A DNA stretch of 64,000 nucleotides from Octopus vulgaris (Eukaryota). Positions 40,578-55,341 of the stretch are shown piece after piece. Position 1 is the stretch's first letter; each line of letters begins with the position of its first letter. The notes under the pieces are model-generated. The model was not told where the DNA came from. It searched no databases and saw only the letters and a list, made by a program, of their open reading frames with translations. The DNA is taken from contig OX597818.1 of the NCBI GenBank assembly GCA_951406725.2, positions 20,708,001 through 20,772,000 of the forward strand, written 5' to 3'. A program made the position numbers and the translations under genes.

Positions 40578-40930
40578 GGTGGTTGTCGTGTCGGCGGCGG
40601 CATTAGTGGCAGTGATGGTCGTGGTGGTGGTGGTGGTTGTGTCGGCGGCGGCGACATTAGTGGTTGTAATGGTGGTTGTGGTGGTGGTGGTAGTGGTGTT
40701 GTTGTTGTTGGTGGTGGTGGTGGTGGTGGTTGTGGTGGTTGTGTCGGCGACGGCGGCATTAGTGGTGGTGGTGGTAGTGATGGTGGTGGTGGTGGTGGTG
40801 GTGGTGGTGGTGGTAATGGTTGTCGTGTCGGCGACGGCGGCATTAGTGGTACTGATGGTGGTGGTGGTGGTGGTTGTGTCGGCGGCGGCGTTAGTTGTAG
40901 TGATGGTGATGGTGGTGGTGGTGGTGATGT
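40560..40930. repeat. (GGT)n array with a five-fold gtgtcggcg(g/a)cggc..ttagt spacer
   Basis: Units near 40588, 40639, 40741, 40825 and 40876. Confidence 0.85.
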
Positions 40931-41244
40931 TGTTTTTCTTATTGTTGTAGTTATCGGTATTCGTGCTTTGTTGTTGCAGCTGCTGGTCCTCTTCTAGTAT
41001 TTATAGCCGTTGTTGTTGATGTTGTAGTTGCTGTTGGTGATGGTGGTGGCGGCGACGGTAGAAGAGGTGGTGATGTTTTCGTCGTTATTATTATTATTTT
41101 TTTTTTCGTTGTTGTTACTGCAGTTGTTGATATTGCCGTATTCTAATCGTTTCAGCAACCGTTTGTTGATGTTGTTGTTATTGTTTGCGTTGCTGTCACT
41201 TCTCTTGTAGTTCTAGTTGTTGCTTCTATTGTTATTGTTGTTGC

Positions 41245-41283
<39 letters not shown>

Positions 41284-42132
41284 GGTGGTGGTGGTGGTGG
41301 TGGTGGTGGTGGTGGCATTGCAGTGCAGTAGCTGTTGATATTGACGTTTTGTTATCGCTGCTTACAGCTATTGTTGTTTGTTGTTGTTGGTGGTGGTGGT
41401 GGTGGTGGTGGTGGTGTTTTAATTTAGTACCTCTCCCCTATATTATCTCTGTCACCACCACCACCACTACCCCTCATCAGTCTTACCCTATCAGTAGTAT
41501 TAACACTTCAAAAAAAAAATTGTTTTATGTCTGTTATAGACCATAAAAACTTACAACAATAGATCACAGACATTAGCGAAATATAGAGAAAACAAAACTC
41601 AAACAAAAATGATTTAAAAAAAAAAAGAGGAAAAACAACCTTAGGACAAGAAAATTAAAATGGCCGCCAGAAACAACGAAAGTATAATGGAAGAATCGAT
41701 GAAAGACCTTATATCAAAACACAGGCCGAGAGCGAGAGGGGAAGAGAGAGGGGAAGATTGTAGGGAGGGAGTGATAGAGAGGAAGAGTGAGGGAGAGAAG
41801 GGGTTGGGGAAGACTTATTCATACAGATATATGCACAAAAAACATATAGAAACAGACGCGTATAAACACATGTACGAATACTTACATAAATATATATGTA
41901 CGCCCCATGAAATATCATTACCATAGTCGTCGCCGTCGTCGTCGTCATCATCATAACCGACATCGACGTCGTTGTTCACATCATCATTACCATTATCATC
42001 ATCGTCATCATCATCATCGTTATAATCATCATCATCATCATTCTGAGTTCTTATCTTCTGCATAATTAGCGTGATCTACCAGGTCCCACAAAATATACAC
42101 ACACACACACACCAACTTTACACCTCCCCCCA

Positions 42133-42171
<39 letters not shown>

Positions 42172-42579
42172 ATGAGGACCGCCACCGCCGCCACCACCAC
42201 CTTCAACAACACCACTATCACCACAACGACGACGACGGCGAACCTAAAGTAACGAAGCACTCCACATTCACCCCACCCCCCACTGTTACCATTTTCAGCA
42301 ATCATTATCACAATTACGATTTTTGATAATACAGCCCCACTCTCTTTGTAATAATGAACACTAACGTCACCATCACCATCGCGTACACCGCCATCACTAT
42401 CACCAAATACAGCATCACCACCACAACCACAACCATCGTCGCCATTACCCACAACCACTGCCATCATCATCATCATCATCATGATTACCGTCATCGACGT
42501 CGTTGTTCACATAATCATCTCCATTATCGTCGTCGTCGTAATCGTGATCATCGCCGCCACCACCACCACCATCATCACC

Positions 42580-42634
<55 letters not shown>

Positions 42635-43370
42635 GCGTAACCGCAACAAACCACAATCACCATATGAACTCCATTAGCTTACGACCACCACTACAACCAG
42701 CATCACCACCAACGTCCTAACAACAACCACCATCCTAACATCCTAACAACAAACCACCATCGCCATCGCCATCATATTTTCAACCAAAACCACTACCACT
42801 ATAATCACCATCTTAGCTAATACGACCAGTGCAACCAATCTTATTACTACCACAACAAGAACTATCAATATCACGACTACAACCAATACCATTATCCACA
42901 CTGCTACAACCACCAATATCATCACCACCAGCACCACCACCACCACAGCCACCACTACTACCACAACCTCCATGATAACCCTAATAAATACAACCAACAC
43001 AGCCACTAACAGCGTCTTGGCAATTTTCAAACCACCGCCATCATAAGCGCAGCCAACACCATCAACAAGGTCAATCACCAAAGAACTGTAAGTAATAATA
43101 ATAATAACAACAACATCAACAACGATGGTGATGAAGATAGCAATGATGAGAATAGTAATGATGATGATGATGGTAATAATAATGATAATAATAATGATAA
43201 TAATGATAATAATAATAATGATCATAATAATAATAATAATAATAATAATAATAGCAATAGCGATAATGATGAAAATAGTAATGATTATGATGATAATGAT
43301 GATGATGACGATGATGATGATGATGATGATAATCATAATAATGATGATAATAATAATAATAATAATAATA

Positions 43371-43859
43371 ATGTACATTGTTTTGTCTTGGTATAAAAGA
43401 TGGGCTACAGCAAATATTCTGCTCAATACCACAGATTTGCTTGTCAGTTGTTTGACCTTAACCAGTTGAGCATGTCCCTTAGTGGCTGACGATATGTGCA
43501 TCTCTGATCACGAGCAGAAGTAGTGGGGGAGCATCATAGCCATGTGTTGAGAAGGATTCTTTGGGGTTTGAATAATTCACCTCTGGAAACATGGGTGTTT
43601 CGTTCAACGTCCTTAAACAACCCTTATTCAGGGACCTTTTGAGCGGGATGGGTTACTCGATCTGAAGAAAATTCTAACTGGGTTCCACCTGCAAGGTCAT
43701 GTGCTGTTTATCTTGATATGAGATCACCATGTCGCGCACATATGGTTGTGATGCATGTGCCTGGTGTACCCTTATCAGACGGGTAGTCATGATGGGTATA
43801 CTGGGCTTCGTATATTTTACCCCAGTGTCACTTTGATGGCATGCTCTGCTCGCTCACTC
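43371..43859 (+). mobile_element. Family C, 5'-truncated, (AAT)n on both sides
   Basis: Colinear with the other two copies. Confidence 0.9.
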
Positions 43860-43949
<90 letters not shown>

Positions 43950-44043
43950 AAGAAGAAGAAGAAGAAGAAGAAGAAGAAGAATGATAATAATAACAACGAT
44001 GATGATGAAGATAGCAATAATGATGATGATGATGATGATGATG

Positions 44044-44086
<43 letters not shown>

Positions 44087-44178
44087 CAACGATGATGATG
44101 AAGATAGGAATGGTGATGATAATGATAATAACAACAACAATAATAATAATGAAGATGATGATGATGATGATGATGACA

Positions 44179-44228
<50 letters not shown>
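43860..44228. repeat. Compound (AAT)n/(AAG)n/(GAT)n microsatellite
   Basis: Directly visible. Confidence 0.97.
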
Positions 44229-44230
<2 letters not shown>

Positions 44231-44617
44231 GGCGCACAGTTCCCACAACAACAACGGTGAAAGAAAACAGCAAAGATCAGCGAAGTAATAAACCTATCAA
44301 CAACAATCATTTTATCGTTGATTTTGTTGTGCCGCTTGTTGTTGTAATCATTTTTTTTTTCTATAGTTTTTTTTTATATTGATAAATGGAAAATAAACAA
44401 CACAAAAAGAGATAAAACAATATTTTTAATTATGATATATTATTTTTAATATAATCTTTATATTTTATCGTTGTTATTTGATTCCCTATGGCTTCCACTG
44501 ATAAACGGATAAAAGCTAATATATTCCTGTATATTAAAATACATACATACATACATATACACGAACACATATATAGACACATATGTTTTATGTATATATA
44601 TATATAAACACATATGC

Positions 44618-44619
<2 letters not shown>

Positions 44620-44700
<81 letters not shown>

Positions 44701-44709
44701 CATATATAT

Positions 44710-44744
<35 letters not shown>

Positions 44745-44811
44745 CATATATACATATACATATATACATATACATATATACATATACATATATACATATA
44801 CATATATACAT

Positions 44812-44867
<56 letters not shown>

Positions 44868-44885
44868 ATAGATACATACATATAT

Positions 44886-44970
<85 letters not shown>

Positions 44971-45055
44971 CTCACACATATATACATATATATATACACA
45001 TAGATATATACATACACGTGTACGCATACACACACATACACATATGTGTGTATAT
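44620..45055. repeat. (TA)n/(TACATA)n microsatellite
   Basis: Directly visible. Confidence 0.97.
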
Positions 45056-45080
45056 GTTTATAATTTTAGAATATAGAATA

Positions 45081-45414
45081 GCACAAGGTATTCAGTACGT
45101 CTCGCCGTCGCCATTAATAGATAAATAATATCGCATTATTTCCCTCCAGTTATTTACGAGTGAGTGAGCGTGTGTGTTTGTGTGTGTGAGAGAGAGAGAG
45201 AGAGAGTGTGTGTGTGTGCGCGCGCGCGCATCATATCAGAAGTCCTTTTAGCATTTAAATATTTAAATGTTAAATAGCATTAAACTGCAAAAGGGACTTT
45301 TGAATTACTCCATATATATATATATATATAAAGATGCTCAGCAAGCACATAAATATAGGAAAATATTACGATATTTATTAATGGCGGTGGCGTGGTGCAC
45401 TGGTTGTCTTGCGG
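45081..45414. repeat. Decayed foldback (nested inverted repeat) element
   Basis: Outer arms 45081-45169 / 45336-45414; inner arms 45236-45260 / 45279-45303. Confidence 0.7.
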
Positions 45415-45597
45415 TGTTTATTCACGTCGCTCTACGTTTTAAATAGATTTGTCTTTACGTTTCATCCCCTTAAGATTAATAATATTCAATAAAATTAATA
45501 ACATTTAATAAAATATCGCTTATGTTACTAGAATCTACATAATCGACGTTACTGATTGTTCGTTCACACAAAGTTTGAAGTCTTGTGCCTTATGTTG

Positions 45598-45880
45598 CAT
45601 GTTCGTCTGTCTGGGCGACGATGACCATCTAATCATCCTTAAGAATGACTGATGACTCGCATGGTGAATTTGTTTAAAGAGAAGAAAGAGTTGTGCACAG
45701 TCAACGTCAACTCTTTCGTCTGTGGTCATCCAGTGGCAAAACGACTTGGGTTGGAGACGGATGCACTGGAAGACCAAGATGTCTTACTTGCTCCATCTTG
45801 CATTCTCCCATTGCGTTTCTGCAGCCGCCTTCCTCTCCTTAGAACTATAACGGCTTCTTCCTCGGGGTTTGCTGGGTTCA
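45598..45880 (-). mobile_element. Possible RTE-clade LINE 3' relic
   Basis: Minus strand ends gatggtcatcgtcgcccagacagacgaac, resembling RTE 3' ends, after a basic KERKAA segment. Confidence 0.35.
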
Positions 45881-45924
45881 GTTTTTACATACATAGGTAG
45901 GTAATCACGAATATGCTAATTGAT

Positions 45925-46075
45925 CCATAACTGGGTCCCTGACAGATGATACTACTCCGGTTCAAAGTAGACCTGGGAACAATCGTGGTTAAGATGTGGG
46001 TCCACACTTCTGAAAACCCTGGAATCCCCAAACCAGGGCCTCACTACCCGATGCAGTTTAAAGTCATACTCAGGT
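45925..46075 (+). mobile_element. Probable interspersed repeat fragment (family G)
   Basis: actactccggttcaaagtagacctggg...gatgcagtttaaagtcatac recalled as a repeat; only one copy in this window. Confidence 0.35.
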
Positions 46076-46424
46076 CACGTGTTAAAGGGTACTGAACTCA
46101 TAGTTGTTAGAGGGTCGAAAACAAAGGCTTGCCGTATTTGTTCTGTCTCTCGGTAGTCTCTGATTTCAAATTCCGTCGACGTCAGCTTTGCCTTTAGTAT
46201 GTTCGTGGTCGATAAATGAAGTACCGTCGCGGTTGGTGGATTGAAAGTATCGCTAGAAGTTAAAATAGATGTTTTGGGGTTATCTATTCCATAGTTTGTG
46301 CTTTGAGTTCAAATTCCACCTAGGTGCTGAAGACAAGTGTTGATTACTTAGCTACGAGGGTGCCTCATATAGCTCGCAGTTGGCCAGCATGGACACATGT
46401 AGGCCTACAACAAATATAGATAAG

Positions 46425-46559
46425 CAGTAGCGTAGCTATTGCACGGAGGGAGACGGGTGATCTTTCCCGGGCGTCACTTTTATGGGGATGTCTGCTATTT
46501 GCCAATAAGGAAAAACAGACTCAGAGGCTCTCCCTACTGACATTCTAGCTACGCCACTG
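46425..46559. mobile_element. hAT-type MITE
   Basis: TIRs cagtagcgtagcta / tagctacgccactg; 8-bp TSD tagataag / tagaaaag. Confidence 0.8.
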
Positions 46560-46832
46560 TAGAAAAGCCTCTAATAGCATATTGCAGTTTCGTCCTAAAA
46601 TGGATTTTAAAAAAACCCGGCTGAATGAAAATTAATGCCATAGAAAAGACCGTTCGGTGGCAAAATCGGTGATGTAAATGAACTGGGGGGAAACATGTAA
46701 TACTGTACATATTTATGTTCCTTTACATTTTAAGTTCAAATCCCACGGAGTTCGCTTTTGTCTTTTCATCTTCAAGGATGTGCAAAATATGTAGTAATGA
46801 AGAGTCAATTTGATCGACTATATACTCCTCAC

Positions 46833-47057
46833 GTTAACGCAGACACGTTAACGCGCCGGGCGAAATGCTTAGCAGTATTTCGTCTGCCGCTACGTTCTGA
46901 GTTCAAATTTCGCCTAGGTCGACTTTGCCTTTCATCCTTTCGGGGTCGATAAATAAAGTACCAGTTTCGCTCTGGGGTCGATGTAATCGACTTAATCCGT
47001 TTGTCTGTCCTTGTTTGTCTCCTCTATGTTTAGCCCCTTGTGGGCAATAAAGAAATA
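46833..47057 (+). mobile_element. SINE family B nested in an older B' copy (about 46690-47110)
   Basis: 14-bp TSD tatatactcctcac at 46819-46832 and 47058-47071. Confidence 0.9.
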
Positions 47058-47521
47058 TATATACTCCTCACTCCAAAACATGTAGCCTTTAATCCAACTT
47101 CGAAAACAAAACATTATATGTTTTGTAACTGGTCACATGCTTTTATCGAAATGGTGCACGTTCTGAGTTCAAGTCCGGCGAGAAGTCTACATGGCTTTTC
47201 AATACAGACTGAATGGTATGAAAAATAAAACTCTACTCCTGCTTTTCCTCTACAGTAAAGTGTGAGTTTGTATGTATGCATATCATTTTGGGAACGGTGA
47301 ATCTTTAAATAAATAAAGTTATAAATAATAACGTTTGAATATTAGGTTTTAAGAAATCCTTTGGATAGAAGACGTCGGCGTTTGATGGTAGAACTCGAAC
47401 CCAGATCTGCTATAAATTCTTGTGACATCAACAACATACAATTCTCACTGGTAAGAATATCATTTCTAAAACGGGTAGAGAAATTCAAAGGATTACTTTC
47501 GTCCAGTGCTAAAACACTGGT

Positions 47522-47572
<51 letters not shown>

Positions 47573-47694
47573 ATCATATATACGTATAATAAGTCTGTCG
47601 TATACATATATATATATATATATATACATATATATATGTATATATATGTGTATATATATATATATGTATGTATATATATATGTATATATATATT

Positions 47695-47915
47695 TGTCTT
47701 GTGTGTCTGTGCTTGTCTACTCCTCTACCGTTTGACAATCATTGTTGCTGTGTTTATGTCTCCGTAACTTAGCGGTTCGGCAAAAGATATCGACAGAATA
47801 AGTACAAGGCTCTAAAAAAAAGTACTGGGGTCGATACATTCGATTATAAATTCTTCAATGCGGTGCTCCAGCATCGCCGCAGTCTAATGACTGAAATAAG
47901 TAGCAAATAAAAGAT
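47695..47915 (+). mobile_element. SINE family A, 3' half
   Basis: gtaacttagcggttcggcaaaaga...gcggtgctccagcat. Confidence 0.8.
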
Positions 47916-48122
47916 AAACGATGTATGTATGTAGATGTATGGCGTGTTTGTATGTAGATGTATAGCGTGTTTGTATATAATTATTTGCGTGAATGCGGAA
48001 ACAAGATGACGGAAATCGTTTGAATATTAACATATATTTACGATATCTAATAATTACATGCGTTATGTTTACGCACACACACACACACACACCCTGATAT
48101 ACATATATAGACGTGTGTTTGC

Positions 48123-48156
<34 letters not shown>

Positions 48157-48438
48157 ATATATATATGTGTGTGTGTATATGTATGTATATTATGTACACA
48201 CCTTTTGTTTGATACGAAGAAAACACGTTAATGCAACATTTAGAAGCGTGTGAAGTGTAGTAAATACGGGTAAGATACTGAATTTTAATCTAATTCATAC
48301 CGACCCATACACACATGCATATATATAAGTATTTATAAATATATACATATATATTTCTTATGTATATGTATTTATATGTATATATATACATACATATATA
48401 TATACATATATCAATATATGTGTATGTGCGTGTGTATG

Positions 48439-48502
<64 letters not shown>

Positions 48503-48834
48503 AATGTACGCATGTTTGTGTGTAGGTATGTATCTATGTAAGTATGTATGTTCTGTGAATATTTGATATATTTGTGTGTGCGCGCGTATGTGTGTGTGTG
48601 TGCGTATGTATGCATGCTAACGAAATGAACAGTGGGTAAGTGTGGTACTCTGGGTAAAGGCGGTAGATTCGCAGTTTTTCCACCTCTTTTATGAGAAGAG
48701 CGTCACTGCTGAGTCACTTTGGTTAGAGTTCTCTGATCTTTTGGATATCGGAGGCCATATTGTTGAAATGTTCTCTTATTTTCCCGTATGTCTGTACAAT
48801 GCAAAGGTTTCTCGGTGCAACCAGTATAGCAGTT

Positions 48835-49047
48835 TGGTGGTGATGATAATGATGATGATGCCGCAGTTTCAATTGTTTTGTTATTGTTCTTGTTGTTTTC
48901 TGATAATGATGGTGATGATTACGATGATGGTAATGATGAGGATTGTGATTATGGTAACGAATACGATGTTGGTGATGGTGAACTGCTGCTGCTGCCGCTG
49001 TCACTGCTGTTGAGGACGCTGGCTGTACTGGTTGGAGCTTTGATTAC

Positions 49048-49085
<38 letters not shown>

Positions 49086-49086
49086 G

Positions 49087-49118
<32 letters not shown>

Positions 49119-49248
49119 CGATGGTGATGAAGATGATGATATTGACGATGGTGATGAAGATGATGATGATGACGACGATGGTGATGATGGTGATGATGAT
49201 AAAGATGATGATGATGATGATGAAGATGATGATGACGATGATGAACAC

Positions 49249-49295
<47 letters not shown>

Positions 49296-49410
49296 CAGCA
49301 GCAACAGCAGTAGAAGCAAAGGTGGTGGTGGTGGTGGTGGGTATAGTGGTGGTAGCAGTAACAGCAGCAGCAGCAACAACAAAAACAAGAACAACAACAA
49401 CAACAATAAT
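48835..49410. repeat. Compound trinucleotide tract (GAT/GTA/GCA/ACA)
   Basis: Directly visible. Confidence 0.95.
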
Positions 49411-49680
49411 CGCGTGTACAAGTTTTGTTTCATCTCTTTCATAGTCCGATTCATCTTATAGAATCTTGCGCGTGCATATGAATGTGTGTATATGCACACG
49501 GGGGTGTGAGAACATGTCTATATTGGGTGGCTGCGTGGGGGAGGGGCATGTGTTTATGTTTGTGTGTATGTCTGTACGAGTTAGTTAGGGAAATGTAGGG
49601 GTGTGTTTGTTTTTTAATGTATCTGCACTTAATGCGTGAGTATATTTATCTGCATGTATGTATATATATGTGTGTGTGTT

Positions 49681-49725
<45 letters not shown>

Positions 49726-49787
49726 GCATTATGAGATGTGTGAGATTATATGTTTTATTGAGTATTATCAGAACATGTATATGAGAA

Positions 49788-49874
<87 letters not shown>

Positions 49875-49973
49875 ATCAGACATGTGGCTTTGATCTGGAC
49901 GTGCAATGCACTCGATTCTCAATCAATATAATGGTAAAGCATCACAGAGTTTCAGTGAAAAGAAATTCAGAGC

Positions 49974-50012
<39 letters not shown>

Positions 50013-50194
50013 GGAGAGGAAGGGAGAGAGGGGTAGACAGACAGATGGGGGAAGATAGAGAGTGGAGAGGAAGCAATTTTGAAAAGAAATAAATGTTGAG
50101 TGATTGCAATGAATGTGATGAGAGTGGTGGTGGCGGTGGTAGTGGTGGTGGTGGTGGTGTAGCGGCAGGGGTAGAGGTTGATGCTGACGATGGT

Positions 50195-50435
50195 CTCGGT
50201 GATGACGCTGGAGATAGTGATGATGGTGATGGTAGTAGTTATAGTAGTGGTTGTAGTAATGGTGGTGGTGGTCATGGTGATTGTTGATGTGGTGGTAGTG
50301 GTTGTAGTAGTAGTAGTGGTGACGCTGGAGATGGTGATGATGGTGATAGTAGTAGTGATAGTAGTGGTTGTAGTAATGGTGGTGCTGGTGATTGTTGTTG
50401 AGGTGGTGGTGGTGGTAGTAGTGGTTGTAGTGGTG
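50195..50435. repeat. ~117-bp tandem duplication inside a GGT/AGT tract
   Basis: tgacgctggagat at 50203 and 50320 with colinear downstream sequence. Confidence 0.7.
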
Positions 50436-51082
50436 ATTGTGGCGGTAGCCATAGTAGTCTGTGTAATGATGGTAGTGGTAGTGGTTGTGGTGGTGGTGGT
50501 GGTGGTGGTGGTGGTGGCGGTCGTCGTGGTATTGCATGGTGGCGATGGTCTCATGATGACGATGGTGAAAGGTGGATCTCGGATGACGGAGCAGAAGGTG
50601 GTGAGGAGGGGCTGGGTTGATGGTGGAAGTATTGCAGAGGGTGGGGATTTTTTCTCCCTCCCGTCAGCCCCACCATCCTAAATTTTTTTCCAATTACACA
50701 AAAGATCAAAGTGTCTTTAGATGGTACACTTGTTCTAATTGGTGCTTATTCTACATGCAAACATGCATATGGCAGAATGAACGAGCTGCAGGCATATTGA
50801 CTCGAAAATACAAAAACAACACACGAAAATAAAAATAAAATACTATAAAATAAAATAAAAACAAATCATTACCTACACGCACAAGCATATACATTCAGAC
50901 ACGTGCCAACGCACAAACATATAACATACACACACACACACACATTTAGAGAGAAAAGCAAAAGTTTGAAACAGAAAGTAAAAGAAAAAGCAAAAACAGA
51001 AAAAGGGGCCAAAAGACTAAAACGAAACAAAGATTTATCATTTTAGTGTATGTGGAAGGCGGAGTAAGCGTGTATATATATG

Positions 51083-51184
<102 letters not shown>

Positions 51185-51290
51185 ACACACATATATATAT
51201 ATATACACACACACATATTACATATATACACATATATCTATCTATCTATATGTGCATGCATACATATAAAAATATATATGTATATACTTG

Positions 51291-51329
<39 letters not shown>

Positions 51330-51420
51330 GGGTGCGTATGTATGAATATGTGCTTATATATAGACAGATACATTCATACATACATACATGCATGCATGCA
51401 TTTGTTATATACCTATGTGA

Positions 51421-51469
<49 letters not shown>

Positions 51470-51678
51470 TACACACACATATACACTCATATACACATAC
51501 ACACATGTATACATATGTATGTATGCATGCATGTATTTGTGCATGCATTATGTATGCATGTATGTATGCGTGTATGTATGTATACGTACTTGGAGAAGAA
51601 TGACTAAATGTTAAGAAATGATAAGATACTGGAAAAGATTAAAGGAGAGGAACATCGGAGCAAAATAATGAAAAGACG

Positions 51679-51790
<112 letters not shown>

Positions 51791-51883
51791 AGGAGTAATG
51801 ATGATAACAACATCAAAAATAATACATACTCCCACATACATACATACATACATACATACATACATACATAATCACTCTCTGAT

Positions 51884-51914
<31 letters not shown>

Positions 51915-52232
51915 TACACACTCACACAAGCACACATACATATACACAAATACACGTACACATATACACACTTCTCTACCCCTCTCTCTCTCTCTCCTCT
52001 GCGCGTGCGCGCTTCTATTATGCACCTTTTAAGGCAAATATAATCTACAACTGGAAGAAAAGAGTACGCAATACGAAATATCGGTTTAATACACACACAG
52101 TAACTAACGTGTATGTATACGTATACACACACTCACATATGTAAACATATATATATACACATACTTATACACACACATACACATATACATATACATCCAT
52201 ATATATGTGTGTACACACACATACACACATAT

Positions 52233-52517
52233 GTACATACATACATACATACATACATACATACATGCATGCATGCATGCATACATACATACATACATAC
52301 ATACATACATACATACATACATACATACATGAATGCATGCATACATACATACATACATACATACATACATACATACATACATACATACATACATACATAC
52401 ATACATACATACATACATACATACATACATACATACATACATACATGCATGCATGCATACATACATGCATGCATGCATGCATACATACATACATACATAC
52501 ATACATACATACATACA

Positions 52518-52546
<29 letters not shown>
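52233..52546. repeat. (CATA)n/(CATG)n microsatellite
   Basis: Directly visible. Confidence 0.97.
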
Positions 52547-52548
<2 letters not shown>

Positions 52549-52858
52549 GTATATCCCTTTTTTACAACTTTGGATTCATTATCCTTAAACCCAGTGACAT
52601 TTTCACATGTTCACATATAAGTGTCTTCTGCTAAAGTTTCAAGTTCAAATAACTTAGACATTGGGTCCTTACCATTCTTTCTATACCTTTAGGTTTTGTC
52701 TAATTCATTTCTATCGTTTTCGATGGAATCTTCGTTGCAGATAGAACTGTTGTTGTTGTTGTAGTACTTTAACTGCTCCTGACTTCTCACGCATTTTAAA
52801 CCAATTCAATGGCTACATCACGCGTGCATAATAAAATATAGATCAAACAGTATGTATC

Positions 52859-52905
<47 letters not shown>

Positions 52906-52906
52906 G

Positions 52907-52937
<31 letters not shown>

Positions 52938-53000
52938 TCTTTTACTCCTTTACATGTTTCAGCCTCTAGCTGTGGCCATACATAATGTATATACATACAC

Positions 53001-53045
<45 letters not shown>

Positions 53046-53076
53046 TAGATATAGATAGATAGATAGATAGATAGAT

Positions 53077-53150
<74 letters not shown>

Positions 53151-53191
53151 TACTCGAACACGCATATATATATATGTGTGTGTGTGTGTGT

Positions 53192-53231
<40 letters not shown>

Positions 53232-53421
53232 ACATGTATACATGTATACATGTATAGCATACACTCATATATATGGATACATGTGTATATATATATGTAT
53301 GTATATGTATGTGCAATGCTCATACTCGATAACGAGGGGGCAGCCATAATGTGTATGTATGTATATATATATATATACACATATATATATATATGTATAT
53401 GTGGATACATATGTATACACA

Positions 53422-53469
<48 letters not shown>

Positions 53470-53472
53470 GTG

Positions 53473-53630
53473 AATGCGCAATGGCCCTGTGGTTAGGGCA
53501 GCAGACTCGCTGTCGAAAGATCGCTGTTTCAATTCCCAAACCGGGAGTTATGAGTGTTTATTGAGCCAAAACACCTAAAGCTCCACGAGGCACCGGCAGA
53601 AGGTGGTACTCTTTCACCTAAACTTTCACT
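53473..53630 (+). mobile_element. SINE family D, 5' part
   Basis: gcaatggccctgtggttagggcagcagactcgc matches the head at 16230-16391. Confidence 0.8.
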
Positions 53631-53733
53631 CGTTCTTCTGGAAGAGAGTCAATGTTTACTACTGCACGTTAGCATGTGATTGGTGTCACAGTTTGATGTT
53701 GGTATTTCAGCTACAATTACTTGGAAATATATA

Positions 53734-53767
<34 letters not shown>

Positions 53768-54080
53768 GTGATGGTGATGGTGATGGTGATGGTGATGGTG
53801 GTGATCTTGGTGATGATGATGATGATGATAATGGTAGTCTCTTGTAGGTTGGGTGAATTCAGTAATTTCTTGCTGAACCACCTGCACAAATGATTTGTGC
53901 ATGGTGATCAAAATGTCTGCGCTGTACAATAGCTCTCTCTTTCCGTTAAATCGATGTTGCCTGGACAGATGCTCGCTGAACATCTACTCGAGCACTCGGG
54001 TTGATGTAATCGACTATCCCCTCCCCTGAAATTTCAGGCCCTGTGCCTATAACAGGAAGGTTTATTATTATTATTATTAC

Positions 54081-54158
<78 letters not shown>

Positions 54159-54757
54159 CATCATCATCATTGACTTACAGCTGTTTCCGGTTGTCGTCAT
54201 AGGTTCGTTTCTGATTGGTTTACTCAGTTGGTATATTGAGAAAAATTGGACGACCTAAAAAGTTAATGCTACTTTCATCAAAGCCATTTCTGGCTATAAC
54301 AAAGCAGAACATTGAAGGAATGGTACAGGCATTGTATGTATGTATGTATGTATGTATGTATGTATGTATGTATGTATGTATGTATGTATGTATGTATGTA
54401 TGTATGTATGTATATATGGTCCGACGAAGGTAGGAAATCGAAATTTCGAAGTTACTGTTCCCTACTTTTTCATAAATTTAATTAACTCTACAAAGAAAAA
54501 TATATGAATAATTCTTCAGTTTAACGTTGAATTGTTCTCATTTGAGTATGTATATATATTCATGAATACCCATGATTACGATAAGAATAGATATTCTGCA
54601 TTGGATTTAACGATTATATATTTGTGTGTGTCAGAATGTGTGTGTGTGTGTGTGCATATAAATATATACACACACACGCGCGCATACATCTACCTAAATA
54701 TATACATATATATGCATATATAGATATATAGATATATATATATACATACATATATAC

Positions 54758-54799
<42 letters not shown>

Positions 54800-54884
54800 G
54801 TATATATGTATGTATATATATATATCTATATATCTATATATGCATATATATATATATATATATATATACAGTGTTTTTACTTAT

Positions 54885-54920
<36 letters not shown>

Positions 54921-54926
54921 TGTTTT

Positions 54927-54987
<61 letters not shown>

Positions 54988-55341
54988 CACCCTTAATATT
55001 TCCGCTGAAGTAAAATATAATTTTTTAATTTCATCGGTACTCCAATTCGATAATGTTGAAGAACAATCCTTATGTGTGTTGCCGTTTGTATAACGCGTCT
55101 CTTTCCAAGTCTGAATACCGACATATTTGAAAATTATTAATTTTCGATAGCTTAACATTATATTCATATATTCAATAACCATGTAGGTGTCATACTTTGA
55201 AGTCTATTTATGTATTTATTCATTTATTTTAGTCGGTTGTTTATATATTATATATATATATATTTATTTATTTTGTTACAACTTTTTCTCTTATTTAGAA
55301 CGAACTGTGAATTTAGCAGAATATTTTAAATGAAGCTCAAT

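Noticed and set aside
48720-48800. WPP.S peptide on the minus strand resembling a Tc1 transposase motif
   Set aside because: Too short; no other DDE motifs or TIRs.
54171-54258. LFPVVVIGSF as an RLE C-terminal motif
   Set aside because: Weak match; the segment is better explained by the minus-strand hammerhead-like relic.
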